Assembly (NCBI GenBank): GCA_964016885.1
Contig: OZ024743.1
Span: 130,262,001 to 130,326,000 of the forward strand
From: Eledone cirrhosa
Taxonomy: Eukaryota
Direction of reading: 5' to 3'
DNA: 64,000 nucleotides
Shown: positions 30,501 through 46,200 of the stretch, in pieces
Layout: each line of letters begins with the position of its first letter
How positions within the stretch are numbered: the first letter of the stretch is position 1
Translations under genes and position numbers: made by a program
The notes under the pieces: generated by a model
Databases searched by the model: none
What the model was told of the DNA's origin: nothing
The model's input: only the letters and a program-made list of their open reading frames with translations

Positions 30501-33500
30501 CCAAACACCAAGCACCAAGCACCAAACACCAAAGACCAAGCACAAAGCACCAAAGAGCAAAAACAAAGCACCAAGCACCAAACACCAAACACCAAACACC
30601 AAACAGCAAACACCAAACACCAAATAGCAAACACCAAAGGGCAAACTCCAAACACCAAACAGCAAACACAAAACACCAAACAGCAAACAACAAACAGCAA
30701 ACAGCAAACAGCAAACAGCAAACAGCAAACACCAAACACCAAGCACCAAGCACCAAGCACCAAACACCAACACCAAGCACCAAGCACCAAACACCAAGCA
30801 CCAAGCACCAAACACCAAACACCAAGCTCCAAGCACCAAAAAAAAAAAAACACCAAGCACGAAAACCCCAAGCACCAAACACCAAGCACAAAACACCAAG
30901 CACCAAGCACCAAACACCAAACATCAAACAGCAATCACCAAACATCAAACAGCAAACACCAAACACCAAACACCAAACATCAAACACCAAACAGCAAACA
31001 ACAAACAACAAACGCCAAACATCAAACGCCAAACACCAAACGCCAAATAGCAAACACCAAACCGCAAACACCAAACACCAAACAGCAAACACCAAACACC
31101 AAACAGCGAACTCCAAACAGCAAACACCAAACAGCAAACAGCAAACAGCAAACACCAAACACCAAACACCAAGCACCAAACTCCAAACACCAAGCACCAA
31201 GCACCAAGCACAAAACACCAAGCACCAAGCGCTAAACATAAAACACTAAGCACCAAGCACCAAGCACCAAGCACCAAACACCAAACATCAAACACCAATC
31301 ACCAAACATCAAACAGCAAACACCAAACACCAAACACCAAACATCAAACACCAAATAGCAAACAACAAACAACAAACGCCGAACATCAAACGCCAAACAC
31401 AAACACCAAATAGCAAACACCAAACCGCAAACACCAAACACCAAACACCAAACACCAAACACCAAACAGCGAACACCAAACAGCAAACACCAAACAGCAA
31501 ACACCAAACACCAAGCACCAAACACCAAACACCAAGCACGAAGCACCAAGCACAAAACACCAAGCACCAAGCACCAAACACCAAGGACCAAACACCAAAC
31601 ACCAAGCACCAAGCGCCAAACACCAAGCACCAAGCACCAAGCACGAAACACCAAGCACCAATCACCAAACACCAAACACCAAGCACCAAACACCAATCAC
31701 CAAGCCCCAAGCACCAAACACCAAGCACCAAGCACCAAACACCAAACACCAAGCACCAAGCACCCAGAACCAAACAGCAAACACCAAACACCAAACACCA
31801 AACACCAAACAGCAAACACCAAACAGCAAACACCAAACAGCAAACAGCAAACAAGCACCAAGCACCAAACACCAAGCACCAAGCACCAAACAACAACACC
31901 AAGCACCAAGCACCAAACACCAAGCGCCAAGCACCAAACGCCAAACACCAAGCTCCAAGCACCAAACACCATACACCAAGCACCAAGCACCAAACACCAA
32001 TCACCAAGCACCAAGCACCAAACCCCAAGCACCAAACACCAAGCACCAATCACCAAACACCAAACACCCAGCACCAAGCACCAAACACCAAGCACCAAGC
32101 ACCAAGCACCAAACACCAAGCACCAAGCACCAAGTACCAAACACCAAACACCAAGCACCAAGCACCAAACACCAAACACCAAGCACCAAGCACCAAACAC
32201 CAAACACCAGGCTCCAAGCACAAAACACCAAGCACCAAGCACCAAGCAACAAACACCAAACACCAAGCACCAAACACCAAGCACCAAGCCCCAAGCACCA
32301 AACACCAAGCACCAAGCACCAAACACCAAGCACCAAGCACCAAGCACCATGCACGAAACACCAAGCACCAAGCACCAAACAGCAAACACCAAACAGCAAA
32401 CACCAAACAGCAAACACCAAACAGCAAACACCAAACACCAAGCACCAAGCACCAAACACCATACGCCAAACACCAAACACCAAGCACCAAGCACCAAACA
32501 CCAAGCACCAAGCACCAAAGACCAAACACCAAGCACCAAGCACGAAACACCAAGCACCAAGCACCGAGCACCAAACACCAAACACCAAACACCAAGCACC
32601 AAGCACCAAACACCAAACACCAAGAACCAAGCACCAAACACCAAATACCAAGCACCAAGCACTAAACACCAAACACCAAGCACCAAACACCAAGCACCAA
32701 ACACCAAGCACCAAGCACCAAACACAAAACACCAAGTACCAAGCACCAAGCACCAAACACCAAACACCAAACACCAAGCACCAAGCACCAAACACCAAAC
32801 ACCAAGCACCAAGCACCAGAGACCAAGCACCAAGCACCAAGCACCAAACACCAAAGACCAAGCACAAAGCACCAAACACCAAGGACCAAGCACCAAACAC
32901 CAAAGACCAAGCACAAAGCACCAAAGAGCAAAAACAAAGCACCAAGCACCAAACACCAAACACCAAACACCAAGCACCAAGCACCAAATCCCAAGCACCA
33001 AACACCAAGCACCAAGCACCAAACACCAAACACCAAGCACGAAGCACCAAGCATCAAATACCAAACACCAAACACCAAGCAGCACACATCAAACACCAAG
33101 CACGAAGCACCAATCGCCAAGCACCAAGCACCAAGCAATAAACACAAAGCACCAAGCACCAAGCACCAAGCACCAAGCACCAAGCACCAAACACCAAGCA
33201 CCAAGCACCCAACACCAAACACCAATCACCAAGCACCAAAGAGCAAACACGAAGCCCCAAGCACCAAACACCCAACACCAAACACCAAACATCAAACACC
33301 AATCACGAATCACAAAACACCAAACACCAAACATCAAACACCAATCACGAATCACCAAGCACCAAACACCAAACACCAAGCACCAAGCACCAAGCACCAA
33401 ACACCAAACACCAAGCACCAAGCACTAAACACCAAACACCAAACACCAAGCACCAAGCACCAAGCACCAAGCACCAAGCACCAAACACCAAGCACCAAGC

Positions 33501-36500
33501 ACCAAACACCAAACACCAAGCACCAAACACCAAGCACCAAACAGCAAGCACCAAGCACCAAGCACCAGACACCAAGCACCAAGCACCAAACACCAAACAC
33601 CAAGCACCAAGCACTAAACACCAAACACCAAGCACCAAGCACCAAGCACCAAGCACCAAGCACCAAGCACCAAGCACCAAGCACCAAGCACCAAGCACCA
33701 AGCACCAAGCACCAAGCACCAAACACCAAGCACCAAGCACCAAACAGCAAACACCAAGCACCAAACACCAAACACCAAGCACCAAGCACCAAACACCAAA
33801 CACCAAACACCAAGCACCAAGCCCCAAGCACCAAACACCAAGCACCAAGCACCAAACACCAAGCACGAAGCACCAAGCACCATGCACCAAACACCAAGCA
33901 CCAAGCACCAAACAGCAAACACCAAACAGCAAACACCAAACACCAAACACCAACCAGCAAACACCAAACACCAAACACCAAACAGCAAACACCAAACAGC
34001 AAACACCAAACAGCAAACACCAAACAGCAAATGCCAAAAAGCAAACGCCAAACCCCAAACGCCAAACAGCAAATGCCAAACCCCAAACGCCAAACAGCAA
34101 ACGCCAAGCGCCAAACGCCAAACACCAAGTGCCAAGCACCAAACACCAAACACCAAGCACCAAGCACCAAACACCAAACACCAAACATCAAGCACCAAAC
34201 ACCAAACAGCAAACGCCAAAAAGCAAACGCCAAACCCCATACGCCAAACAGCAAATGCCAAACCCCAAACGCCAAACAGCAAACGCCAAGCACCAAACAC
34301 CAAACACCAAGCGCCAAGCACCAAACACCAAACACCAAGCACCAAGCACCAAACACCAAACACCAAGCACCAATCACCAAACACCAAGCACCAAGCGCCA
34401 ATCACCAAACACCAAACACCTAGCACCAAGCACCAAGCACCAAACACCAAGTACCAAACACCAATCACCAAGCCCCAAACACCAAACACCAAGCGCCAAG
34501 CACCAAACACCAAACACCAAGCACCAAGCACCCAGAACCAAGCACCAAGCACCAAACACCAAGCACCAAGCACCGAGCACCAAACACCAAGAACCAAGCA
34601 CCAAGCTCTAAACACCAAACACCAAACACCAAACACCAAACAGCAAATGCCAAAAAGCAAACGCCAAACCCCAAACCCCAAACGTCAAACAGCAAACGCC
34701 AAGCGCCAAACGCCAAACACCAAGCGCCAAGCACCAAACACCAAACACCAAGCACCAAGCACCAAACACCAAACACCAAGCACCAAGTACCAAACACCAA
34801 ACACCAAGCACCAAACACCAAACAGCAAACGCCAAAAAGAAAACGCCAAACCCCATACGCCAAACAGCAAATGCCAAACCCCAAACGCCAAACAGCAAAC
34901 GCCAAGCACCGAACACCAAACACCAAGCGCCAAGCACCAAACACCAAACACCAAGCACCAAGCACCAAACACCAAACACCAAGCACCAATCACCAAACAC
35001 CAAGCACCAAGCGCCAAGCACCAAACACCAAACACCTAGCACCAAGCACCAAGCACCAAACACCAAGTACCAAACACCAATCACCAAGTCCCAAGCACCA
35101 AACACCAAGCACCAAGCACCAAACACCAAACACCAAGCACCAAGCACCCAGAACCAAGCACCAAGCACCAAACACCAAGCACCAAGCACCGAGCACCAAA
35201 CACCAAGAACCAAGCACCAAGCACCAAACACCAAACACCAAGCACAAATCACCAAACACCAAACACCAAGCGCCAAACACCAAACACCAAACACCTAGCA
35301 CCAAGCACCAAACACCAAGCACCAAACACCAAGCACCAAGCACCAAGCACCAAGCACCAAACACCAATCACCAAGCCCCAAGCATCAAACACCAAGCACC
35401 CAGCACCAAACACCAAACACCAAGCACCAAACCCCAAGCACCAAACACCAAGCACCAATCACCAAACACCGAACACCAAGAACCAAGCACCATGCACCAA
35501 ACACCAAGCACCAAGCACCAAGCACCAAGCACCAAGCACCAAACACCAAGCACCAAGTACCACACACCAAACACCAAGCACCAAGCACCAAACACCAAAC
35601 ACCAAACACCAGGCACCAAGCACCAATCACCAAGCACCAAGCAAAAACACAAAGCACCAAGCACCAAGCACCAAACACCAAACACCAAACACCAAGCCCA
35701 AATCACCAAAGAGCAAAAACAAAACACCAAGCACCAAACACCAAACACCAAGCACCAAACACCAAACACCAAACACCAAACACCAAATAGCAAACACCAA
35801 ACACCAAATAGCAAAAACCAAAGAGCAAACTCCAAGCACCAAACAGCAAACACAAAACACCAAACAGCAAACAGCAAACAGCAAACTCCAAACACCAAAC
35901 ACCAAGCACCAAGCACCAAATCCCAAGCACCAAACACCAAGCACCAATCACCAAACACCAAGCACCAAGCACCAAACACCAAACACCAAGCACCAAACAC
36001 CAAACACCAAGCACCAAGCACCAAACACTAAACAGCAAACGCAAAAAAGCAAATGCCAAACCCCAAACGCCTAACAGCAAACGCCCAGCACCAAACACCA
36101 AACACCAAGCGCCAAGCACCAAACACCAAACACCAAGCACCAAGCACCAAACACCAAACACCAAGCACAAATCACCAAACACCAAACACCAAGCGCCAAA
36201 CACCAAACACCAAACACCTAGCACCAAGCACCAAGCACCAAACACCAAGCACCAAACACCAAGCACCAAGCACCAAGCACCAAGCACCAAGCACCAAACA
36301 CCAATCACCAAGCCCCAAGCATCAAACACCAAGCACCCAGCACCAAACACCAGACACCAAGCACCAAGCACCCAGAACAAAGCACCAAGCACCAAACACC
36401 AAACACCAAGCTCCAAGCACCAAACACCAAACACCAAGCACCAAGCACCAAGCACCAAACACCAAACACCAAGCACCAAGCACCAAACACCAAACACCAA

Positions 36501-39500
36501 GCACCAATCACCAAACACCAAGCCCCAAGCGCCAAACACCAAACACCAAACACCTAGCACCAAGCACCAAGCACCGAACACCAAGCACCAAACACCAAGC
36601 ACCAAGCACCAAGCACCAAGCACCAAGCACCAAACACCAATCACCAAGCCCCAAGCACCAAACACCAAGCACCAAGCACCAAACACCAAACACCAAGCAC
36701 CAAGCACCCAGAACCAAACAGCAAACACCAAACAGCAAACACCAAACACCAAACAGCAAACACCAAACAGCAAACACCAAACAGCAAACAGCAAACAAAC
36801 ACCAAGCACCAAACACCAAGCACCAAGCACCAAACAACAACACCAAGCACCAAGCACCAAACACCAAGCGCCAAGCACCAAACACCAAACACCAAGCTCC
36901 AAGCACCAAACACCATACACCAAGCACCAAGCACCAAACACCAATCACCAAGCACCAAGCACCAAACCACAAGCACCAAACACCAAGCACCAATCACCAA
37001 ACACCAAACACCCAGCACCAAGCACCAAACACCAAGCACCAAGCACCAAGCACCAAACACCAAGCACCAAGTACCAAACACCAAACACCAAGCACCAAGT
37101 ACCAAACACCAAACACCAAGCACCAAGCACCAAACACCAAACACCAAGCACCAAGCACCAAACACCAAACACCAGGCTCCAAGCACAAAACACCAAGCAC
37201 CAAGCACCAAGCAACAAACACCAAACACCAAGCACCAAACACCAAGCACCAAGCCCCAAGCACCAAACACCAAGCACCAAGCACCAAACACCAAGCACCA
37301 AGCACCAAGCACCATGCACCAAACACCAAGCACCAAGCACCAAACAGCAAACACCAAACACCAAACACCAAACACCAAGCACCAAGCACCAAACACCAAA
37401 CACCAAGCACCAAGCACCAGAGACCAAGCACCAAGCACCAAGGACCAAACACCAAACACCAAACACCAGGCACAAAGCACCAAACACCAAGCACCAAGCA
37501 CCAAACACCAAAGACCAAGCACAAAGCACCAAAGAGCAAAAACAAAGCACCAAGCACCAAACACCAAACACCAAACACCAAACAGCAAACACCAAACACC
37601 AAATAGCAAACACCAAAGGGCAAACTCCAAACACCAAACAGCAAACACAAAACACCAAACAGCAAACAACAAACAGCAAACAGCAAACAGCAAACAGCAA
37701 ACAGCAAACACCAAACACCAAGCACCAAGCACCAAGCACCAAACACCAACACCAAGCACCAAGCACCAAACACCAAGCACCAAGCACCAAACACCAAGCA
37801 CCAAGCACCAAACACCAAACACCAAGCTCCAAGCACCAAAAAAAAAAAAACACCAAGCACGAAAACCCCAAGCACCAAACACCAAGCACAAAACACCAAG
37901 CACCAAGCACCAAACACCAAACATCAAACAGCAATCACCAAACATCAAACAGCAAACACCAAACACCAAACACCAAACATCAAACACCAAACAGCAAACA
38001 ACAAACAACAAACGCCAAACATCAAACGCCAAACACCAAACGCCAAATAGCAAACACCAAACCGCAAACACCAAACACCAAACAGCAAACACCAAACACC
38101 AAACAGCGAACTCCAAACAGCAAACACCAAACAGCAAACAGCAAACAGCAAACACCAAACACCAAACACCAAGCACCAAACTCCAAACACCAAGCACCAA
38201 GCACCAAGCACAAAACACCAAGCACCAAGCGCTAAACATAAAACACTAAGCACCAAGCACCAAGCACCAAGCACCAAACACCAAACATCAAACACCAATC
38301 ACCAAACATCAAACAGCAAACACCAAACACCAAACACCAAACATCAAACACCAAATAGCAAACAACAAACAACAAACGCCAAACATCAAACGCCAAACAC
38401 AAACACCAAATAGCAAACACCAAACCGCAAACACCAAACACCAAACACCAAACACCAAACACCAAACAGCGAACACCAAACAGCAAACACCAAACAGCAA
38501 ACACCAAACACCAAGCACCAAACACCAAACACCAAGCACGAAGCACCAAGCACAAAACACCAAGCACCAAGCACCAAACACCAAGCACCAAACACCAAAC
38601 ACCAAGCACCAAGCGCCAAACACCAAGCACCAAGCACCAAGCACGAAACACCAAGCACCAATCACCAAACACCAAACACCAAGCACCAAACACCAAACAG
38701 CAAACACCAATCACCAAACACCAAACACCAAACAGCAAACACCAATCACCAAACACCAAACACCAAACACCAAACAGTAAACACCAAACACCAAACAGCA
38801 AACACCAAACACCAAACACCAAACAGCAAACACCAAACACCAAACACCAAACAGCAAACACCAAACAAACAGCAAACAGCAAACACCAAGCAGTAAACAC
38901 CAAACAGCAAACACCAAACACCAAACACCAAATAGCAAACACCAAACAGCAAACACCAAACAGCAAACACCAAACAGCAAACACCAGACAGCAAACAGCA
39001 AACACCAAACACCAAACACCAAGCACCAAGCACCAAACACCAAGCACCAAGCAACAAGCACCAATCACCAAGCACCAAGCACTAAACACCAAACACCAAG
39101 CACCAAGCACCAAGCACCAAACAGCAAGCACCAAGCACCATGCACCAAACGCCAAGCACCAAGCACCAAACACCAAGCACCAAGCACCAAGCACCAAACA
39201 CCAAGCACCAAAGACCAAGCACCAAATACCAAGCACCAAGCACCAAACACCAATCACCAACCACCAAGCACCAAACACCAAGAACCAAGCACCAATCACT
39301 AAACACCAAACACCAAGCACCAAGCACCAAACACCAAACACCAAGCACCAAGTACCAAACACCAAACACCAAACACCAAGCACCAAGCACCAAATCCCAA
39401 GCACCAAACACCAAGCACCAAGCACCAAACACCAAACACCAAGCACGAAGCACCAAGCATCAAATACCAAACAGCAAACACCAAGCACCACACATCAAAC

Positions 39501-42500
39501 ACCAAGCACGAAGCACCAATCGCCAAGCACCAAGCACCAAGCAATAAACACAAAGCACCAAGCACCAAGCACCAAGCACCAAGCACCAAGCACCAAACAC
39601 CAAGCACCAAGCACCCAACACCAAACACCAATCACCAAGCACCAAAGAGCAAACACGAAGCCCCAAGCACCAAACACCCAACACCAAACACCAAACATCA
39701 AACACCAATCACGAATCACAAAACACCAAACACCAAACATCAAACACCAATCACGAATCACCAAGCACCAAACACCAAACACCAAGCACCAAGCACCAAG
39801 CACCAAACACCAAACACCAAGCACCAAGCACTAAACACCAAACACCAAGCACCAAACACCAAGCACCAAGCACCAAGCACCAAGCACCAAGCACCAAACA
39901 CCAAGCACCAAGCACCAAACAGCAAACACCAAGCACCAAACACCAAACACCAAGCACCAAGCACCAAACACCAAACACCAAACACCAAGCACCAAGCCCC
40001 AAGCACCAAACACCAAGCACCAAGCACCAAACACCAAGCACGGAGCACCAAGCACCATGCACCAAACACCAAGCACCAAGCACCAAACAGCAAACACCAA
40101 ACAGCAAACACCAAACACCAAACACCAACAAGCAAACACCAAACACCAAACACCAAACAGCAAACACCAAACAGCAAACACCAAACAGCAAACACCAAAC
40201 ACCAAACACCAAACAGCAAATGCCAAAAAGCAAACGCCAAACCCCAAACGCCAAACAGCAAATGCCAAACCCCAAACGCCAAACAGCAAACGCCAAGCGC
40301 CAAACGCCAAACACCAAGTGCCAAGCACCAAACACCAAACACCAAGCACCAAGCACCAAGCACCAAACACCAAACACCAAGCACCAAGTACCAAACACCA
40401 AACACCAAGCACCAAACACCAAACAGCAAACGCCAAAAAGCAAACGCCAAACCCCATACGCCAAACAGCAAACGCCAAGCACCAAACACCAAACACCAAG
40501 CGCCAAGCACCAAACACCAAACACCAAGCACCAAGCACCAAACACCAAACACCAAGCACCAATCACCAAACACCAAGCACCAAGCGCCAAGCACCAAACA
40601 CCAAACACCTAGCACCAAGCACCAAGCACCAAACACCAAGTACCAAACACCAATCACCAAGCCCCAAGCACCAAACACCAAGCGCCAAGCACCAAATACC
40701 AAACACCAAGCACCAAGCACCCAGAACCAAGCACCAAGCACCAAACACCAAGCACCAAGCACCGAGCACCAAACACCAAGAACCAAGCACCAAGCTCTAA
40801 ACACCAAACACCAAGCACCAAGCACCAAACACCAAACACCAAACACCAAACACCAAACACCAAACAGCAAATGCCAAAAAGCAAACGCCAAACCCCAAAC
40901 CCCAAACGCCAAACACCAAGCGCCAAGCACCAAACACCAAACACCAAGCACCAAGCACCAAACACCAAACACCAAGCACCAAGTACCAAACACCAAACAC
41001 CAAGCACCAAACACCAAACAGCAAACGCCAAAAAGCAAACGCCAAACCCCATACGCCAAACAGCAAATGCCAAACCCCAAACGCCAAACAGCAAACGCCA
41101 AGCACCGAACACCAAACACCAAGCGCCAAGCACCAAACACCAAACACCAAGCACCAAGCACCAAACACCAAACACCAAGCACCAATCACCAAACACCAAG
41201 CACCAAGCGCCAAGCACCAAACACCAAACACCTAGCACCAAGCACCAAGCACCAAACACCAAGTACCAAACACCAATCACCAAGCCCCAAGCACCAAACA
41301 CCAAGCACCAAGCACCAAACACCAAACACCAAGCACCAAGCACCCAGAACCAAGCACCAAGCACCAAACACCAAGCACCAAGCACCGAGCACCAAACACC
41401 AAGAACCAAGCACCAAGCACTAAACACCAAACACCAAACACCAAGCACCAAACACCAAACACCAAGCACAAATCACCAAACACCAAACACCAAGCGCCAA
41501 ACACCAAACACCAAACACCTAGCACCAAGCACCAAGCACCAAACACCAAGCACCAAACACCAAGCACCAAGCACCAAGCACCAAGCACCAAACACCAATC
41601 ACCAAGCCCCAAGCATCAAACACCAAGCACCCAGCACCAAACACCAAACACCAAGCACCAAGCACCCAGAACAAAGCACCAAGAACCAAACACCAAACAC
41701 CAAGCTCCAAGCACCAAACACCAAACACCAAGCACCAAGCACCAATCACCAAACACCAAACACCAAGCACCAAGCACCAAACACCAAACACCAAGCACCA
41801 ATCGCCAAACACCAAGCCCCAAGCGCCAAACACCAAACACCAAACACCTAGCACCAAGCACCAAGCACCGAACACCAAGCACCAAACACCAAGCACCAAG
41901 CACCAAGCACCAAGCACCAAGCACCAAACACCAATCACCAAGCCCCAAGCACTAAACACCAAGCACCAAGCACCAAACACCAAACACCAAGCACCAAGCA
42001 CCCAGAACCAAACAGCAAACACCAAACACCAAACACCAAACACCAAACAGCAAACACCAAACAGCAAACACCAAACAGCAAACAGCAAACAAGCACCAAG
42101 CACCAAACACCAAGCACCAAGCACCAAACAACAACACCAAGCACCAAGCACCAAACACCAAGCGCCAAGCACCAAACGCCAAACACCAAACTCCAAGCAC
42201 CAAACACCATACACCAAGCACCAAGCACCAAACACCAATCACCAAGCACCAATCACCAAACCTCAAGCACCAAACACCAAGCACCAATCACCAAACACCA
42301 AACACCCAGCACCAAGCACCAAACACCAAGCACCAAGCACCAAGCACCAAACACCAAGCACCAAGTACCAAACACCAAACACCAAGCACCAAGTACCAAA
42401 CACCAAACACCAAGCACCAAGCACCAAAAACCAAACACCAAGCACCAAGCACCAAACACCAAACACCAGGCTCCAAGCACAAAACACCAAGCACCAAGCA

Positions 42501-43240
42501 CCAAGCAACAAACACCAAACACCAAGCACCAAACACCAAGCACCAAGCCCCAAGCACCAAACACCAAGCACCAAGCCCCAAACACCAAGCACCAAGCACC
42601 AAGCACCATGCACGAAACACCAAGCACCAAGCACCAAACAGCAAACACCAAACAGCAAACACCAAACAGCAAACACCAAACAGCAAACACCAAACACCAA
42701 GCACCAAGCACCAAACACCATACGCCAAACACCAAACACCAAGCACCAAGCACCAAACACCAAGCACCAAGCACCAAAGACCAAACACCAAGCACCAAGC
42801 ACGAAACACCAAGCACCAAGCACCGAGCACCAAACACCAAACACCAAACACCAAGCACCAAGCACCAAACACCAAACACCAAGAACCAAGCACCAAACAC
42901 CAAATACCAAGCACCAAGCACTAAACACCAAACACCAAGCACCAAACACCAAGCACCAAACACCAAGCACCAAGCACCAAACACAAAACACCAAGTACCA
43001 AGCACCAAGCACCAAACACCAAACACCAAACACCAAGCACCAAGCACCAAACACCAAACACCAAGCACCAAGCACCAGAGACCAAGCACCAAGCACCAAG
43101 GACCAAACACCAAACACCAAACACCAGGCACAAAGCACCAAACACCAAGCACCAAGCACCAAACACCAAAGACCAAGCACAAAGCACCAAAGAGCAAAAA
43201 CAAAGCACCAAGCACCAAACACCAAACACCAAACACCAAA
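15580..43240 (+). repeat. Three tandem copies of an approximately 10-kb higher-order unit (about 15.6-26.06, 26.06-32.97 and 32.97-43.24 kb), the middle copy lacking about 3 kb
   Basis: Copy1-to-copy2 offsets are 9880-10475, copy2-to-copy3 6909-7343, and copy1-to-copy3 16993-17384. The same junction (AAAAACAAAG...CACCAAATCCCAAG) appears near 26060 and 32970. The segment at about 21700-24755 (matching about 38690-41930) is absent at about 31690. Confidence 0.85.
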
Positions 43241-46200
43241 CAGCAAACACCAAACACCAAATAGCAAACACCAAAGGGCAAACTCCAAACACCAAACAGC
43301 AAACACAAAACACCAAACAGCAAACAACAAACAGCAAACAGCAAACAGCAAACAGCAAACACCAAACACCAAGCACCAAGCACCAAGCACCAAACACCAA
43401 CACCAAGCACCAAGCACCAAACACCAAGCACCAAGCACCAAACACCAAACACCAAGCTCCAAGCACCAAAAACACAAAACACCAAATAGCAAACCCCAAG
43501 CACCAAACACCAGGTACAAAACACCAAGCACCAAGCACCAAACACCAAACATCAAACAGCAATCACCAAACATCAAACAGCAAACAACAAACACCAAACA
43601 CCAAACATCAAACACCAAACAGCAAACAACAAACAACAAACGCCAAACATCAAACGCCAAACACCAAACGCCAAATAGCAAACACCAAACCGCAAACACC
43701 AAACACCAAACAGCAAACACCAAACACCAAACAGCGAACTCCAAACAGCAAACACCAAACAGCAAACAGCAAACAGCAAACACCAAACACCAAACACCAA
43801 GCACCAAACTCCAAACACCAAGCACCAAGCACCAAGCACAAAACACCAAGCACCAAGCGCTAAACATAAAACACTAAGCACCAAGCACCAAGCACCAAGC
43901 ACCAAACACCAAACATCAAACACCAATCACCAAACATCAAACAGCAAACACCAAACACCAAACACCAAACATCAAACACCAAATAGCAAACAACAAACAA
44001 CAAACGCCAAACATCAAACGCCAAACACAAACACCAAATAGCAAACACCAAACCGCAAACACCAAACACCAAACAGCAAACACCAAACACCAAACAGCGA
44101 ACACCAAACAGCAAACACCAAACAGCAAACACCAAACACCAAGCACCAAACACCAAACACCAAGCACGAAGCACCAAGCACAAAACACCAAGCACCAAGC
44201 ACCAAACACCAAGCACCAAACACCAAACACCAAGCACCAAGCGCCAAACACCAAGCACCAAGCACCAAGCACGAAACACCAAGCACCAATCACCAAACAC
44301 CAAACACCAAGCACCAAACACCAAACAGCAAACACCAATCACCAAACACCAAACACCAAATAGCAAACACCAATCTCCAAACACCAAACACCAAACACCA
44401 AACAGTAAACACCAAACACCAAACAGCAAACACCAAACACCAAACACCAAACAGCAAACACCAAACACCAAACACCAAACAGCAAACACCAAACAAACAG
44501 CAAACAGCAAACACCAAGCAGCAAACACCAAACAGCAAACACCAAACACCAAACACCAAATAGCAAACACCAAACAGCAAACACCAAACAGCAAACACCA
44601 AACAGCAAACACCAGACAGCAAACAGCAAACACCAAACACCAAACACCAAGCACCAAGCACCAAACACCAAGCACCAAGCAACAAGCACCAATCACCAAG
44701 CACCAAGCACTAAACACCAAACACCAAGCATCAAGCACCAAGCACCAAACAGCAAGCACCAAGCACCATGCACCAAACGCCAAGCACCAAGCACCAAACA
44801 CCAAGCACCAAGCACCAAGCACCAAACACCAAGCACCAAAGACCAAGCACCAAATACCAAGCACCAAGCACCAAACACCAATCACCAAGCACCAAGCACC
44901 AAACACCAAGAACCAAGCACCAATCACTAAACACCAAACACCAAGCACCAAGCACCAAACACCAAACACCAAGCACCAAGTACCAAACACCAAACCCCAA
45001 ACACCAAGCACCAAGCACCAAATCCCAAGCACCAAACACCAAGCACCAAGCACCAAACACCAAACACCAAGCACGAAGCACCAAGCATCAAATACCAAAC
45101 ACCAAACACCAAGCACCACACATCAAACACCAAGCACGAAGCACCAATCGCCAAGCACCAAGCACCAAGCAATAAACACAAAGCACCAAGCACCAAGCAC
45201 CAAGCACCAAGCACCAAGCACCAAACACCAAGCACCAAGCACCCAACACCAAACACCAATCACCAAGCACCAAAGAGCAAACACGAAGCCCCAAGCACCA
45301 AACACCCAACACCAAACACCAAACATCAAACACCAATCACGAATCACAAAACACCAAACACCAAACATCAAACACCAATCACGAATCACCAAGCACCAAA
45401 CACCAAACACCAAGCACCAAGCACCAAGCACCAAACACCAAACACCAAGCACCAAGCACTAAACACCAAACACCAAGCACCAAGCACCAAGCACCAAACA
45501 CCAAGCACCAAGCACCAAGCACCAAACACCAAGCACCAAGTACCAAACACCAAACACCAAGCACCAAGTACCAAACACCAAACACCAAGCACCAAGCACC
45601 AAACACCAAACACCAAGCACCAAGCACCAAACACCAAACACCAGGCTCCAAGCACAAAACACCAAGCACCAAGCACCAAGCAACAAACACCAAACACCAA
45701 GCACCAAACACCAAGCACCAAGCCCCAAGCACCAAACACCAAGCACCAAGCACCAAACACCAAGCACCAAGCACCAAGCACCATGCACGAAACACCAAGC
45801 ACCAAGCACCAAACAGCAAACACCAAACAGCAAACACCAAACAGCAAACACCAAACAGCAAACACCAAACACCAAGCACCAAGCACCAAACACCATACGC
45901 CAAACACCAAACACCAAGCACCAAGCACCAAACACCAAGCACCAAGCACCAAAGACCAAACACCAAGCACCAAGCACGAAACACCAAGCACCAAGCACCG
46001 AGCACCAAACACCAAACACCAAACACCAAGCACCAAGCACCAAACACCAAACACCAAGAACCAAGCACCAAACACCAAATACCAAGCACCAAGCACTAAA
46101 CACCAAACACCAAGCACCAAACACCAAGCACCAAACACCAAGCACCAAGCACCAAACACAAAACACCAAGTACCAAGCACCAAGCACCAAACACCAAACA

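Noticed and set aside
3229-37850. Poly-A tracts as retrotransposon tails or terminators
   Set aside because: There is no upstream element body or hairpin. All tracts lie in the same repeat context and are copies of a single site.
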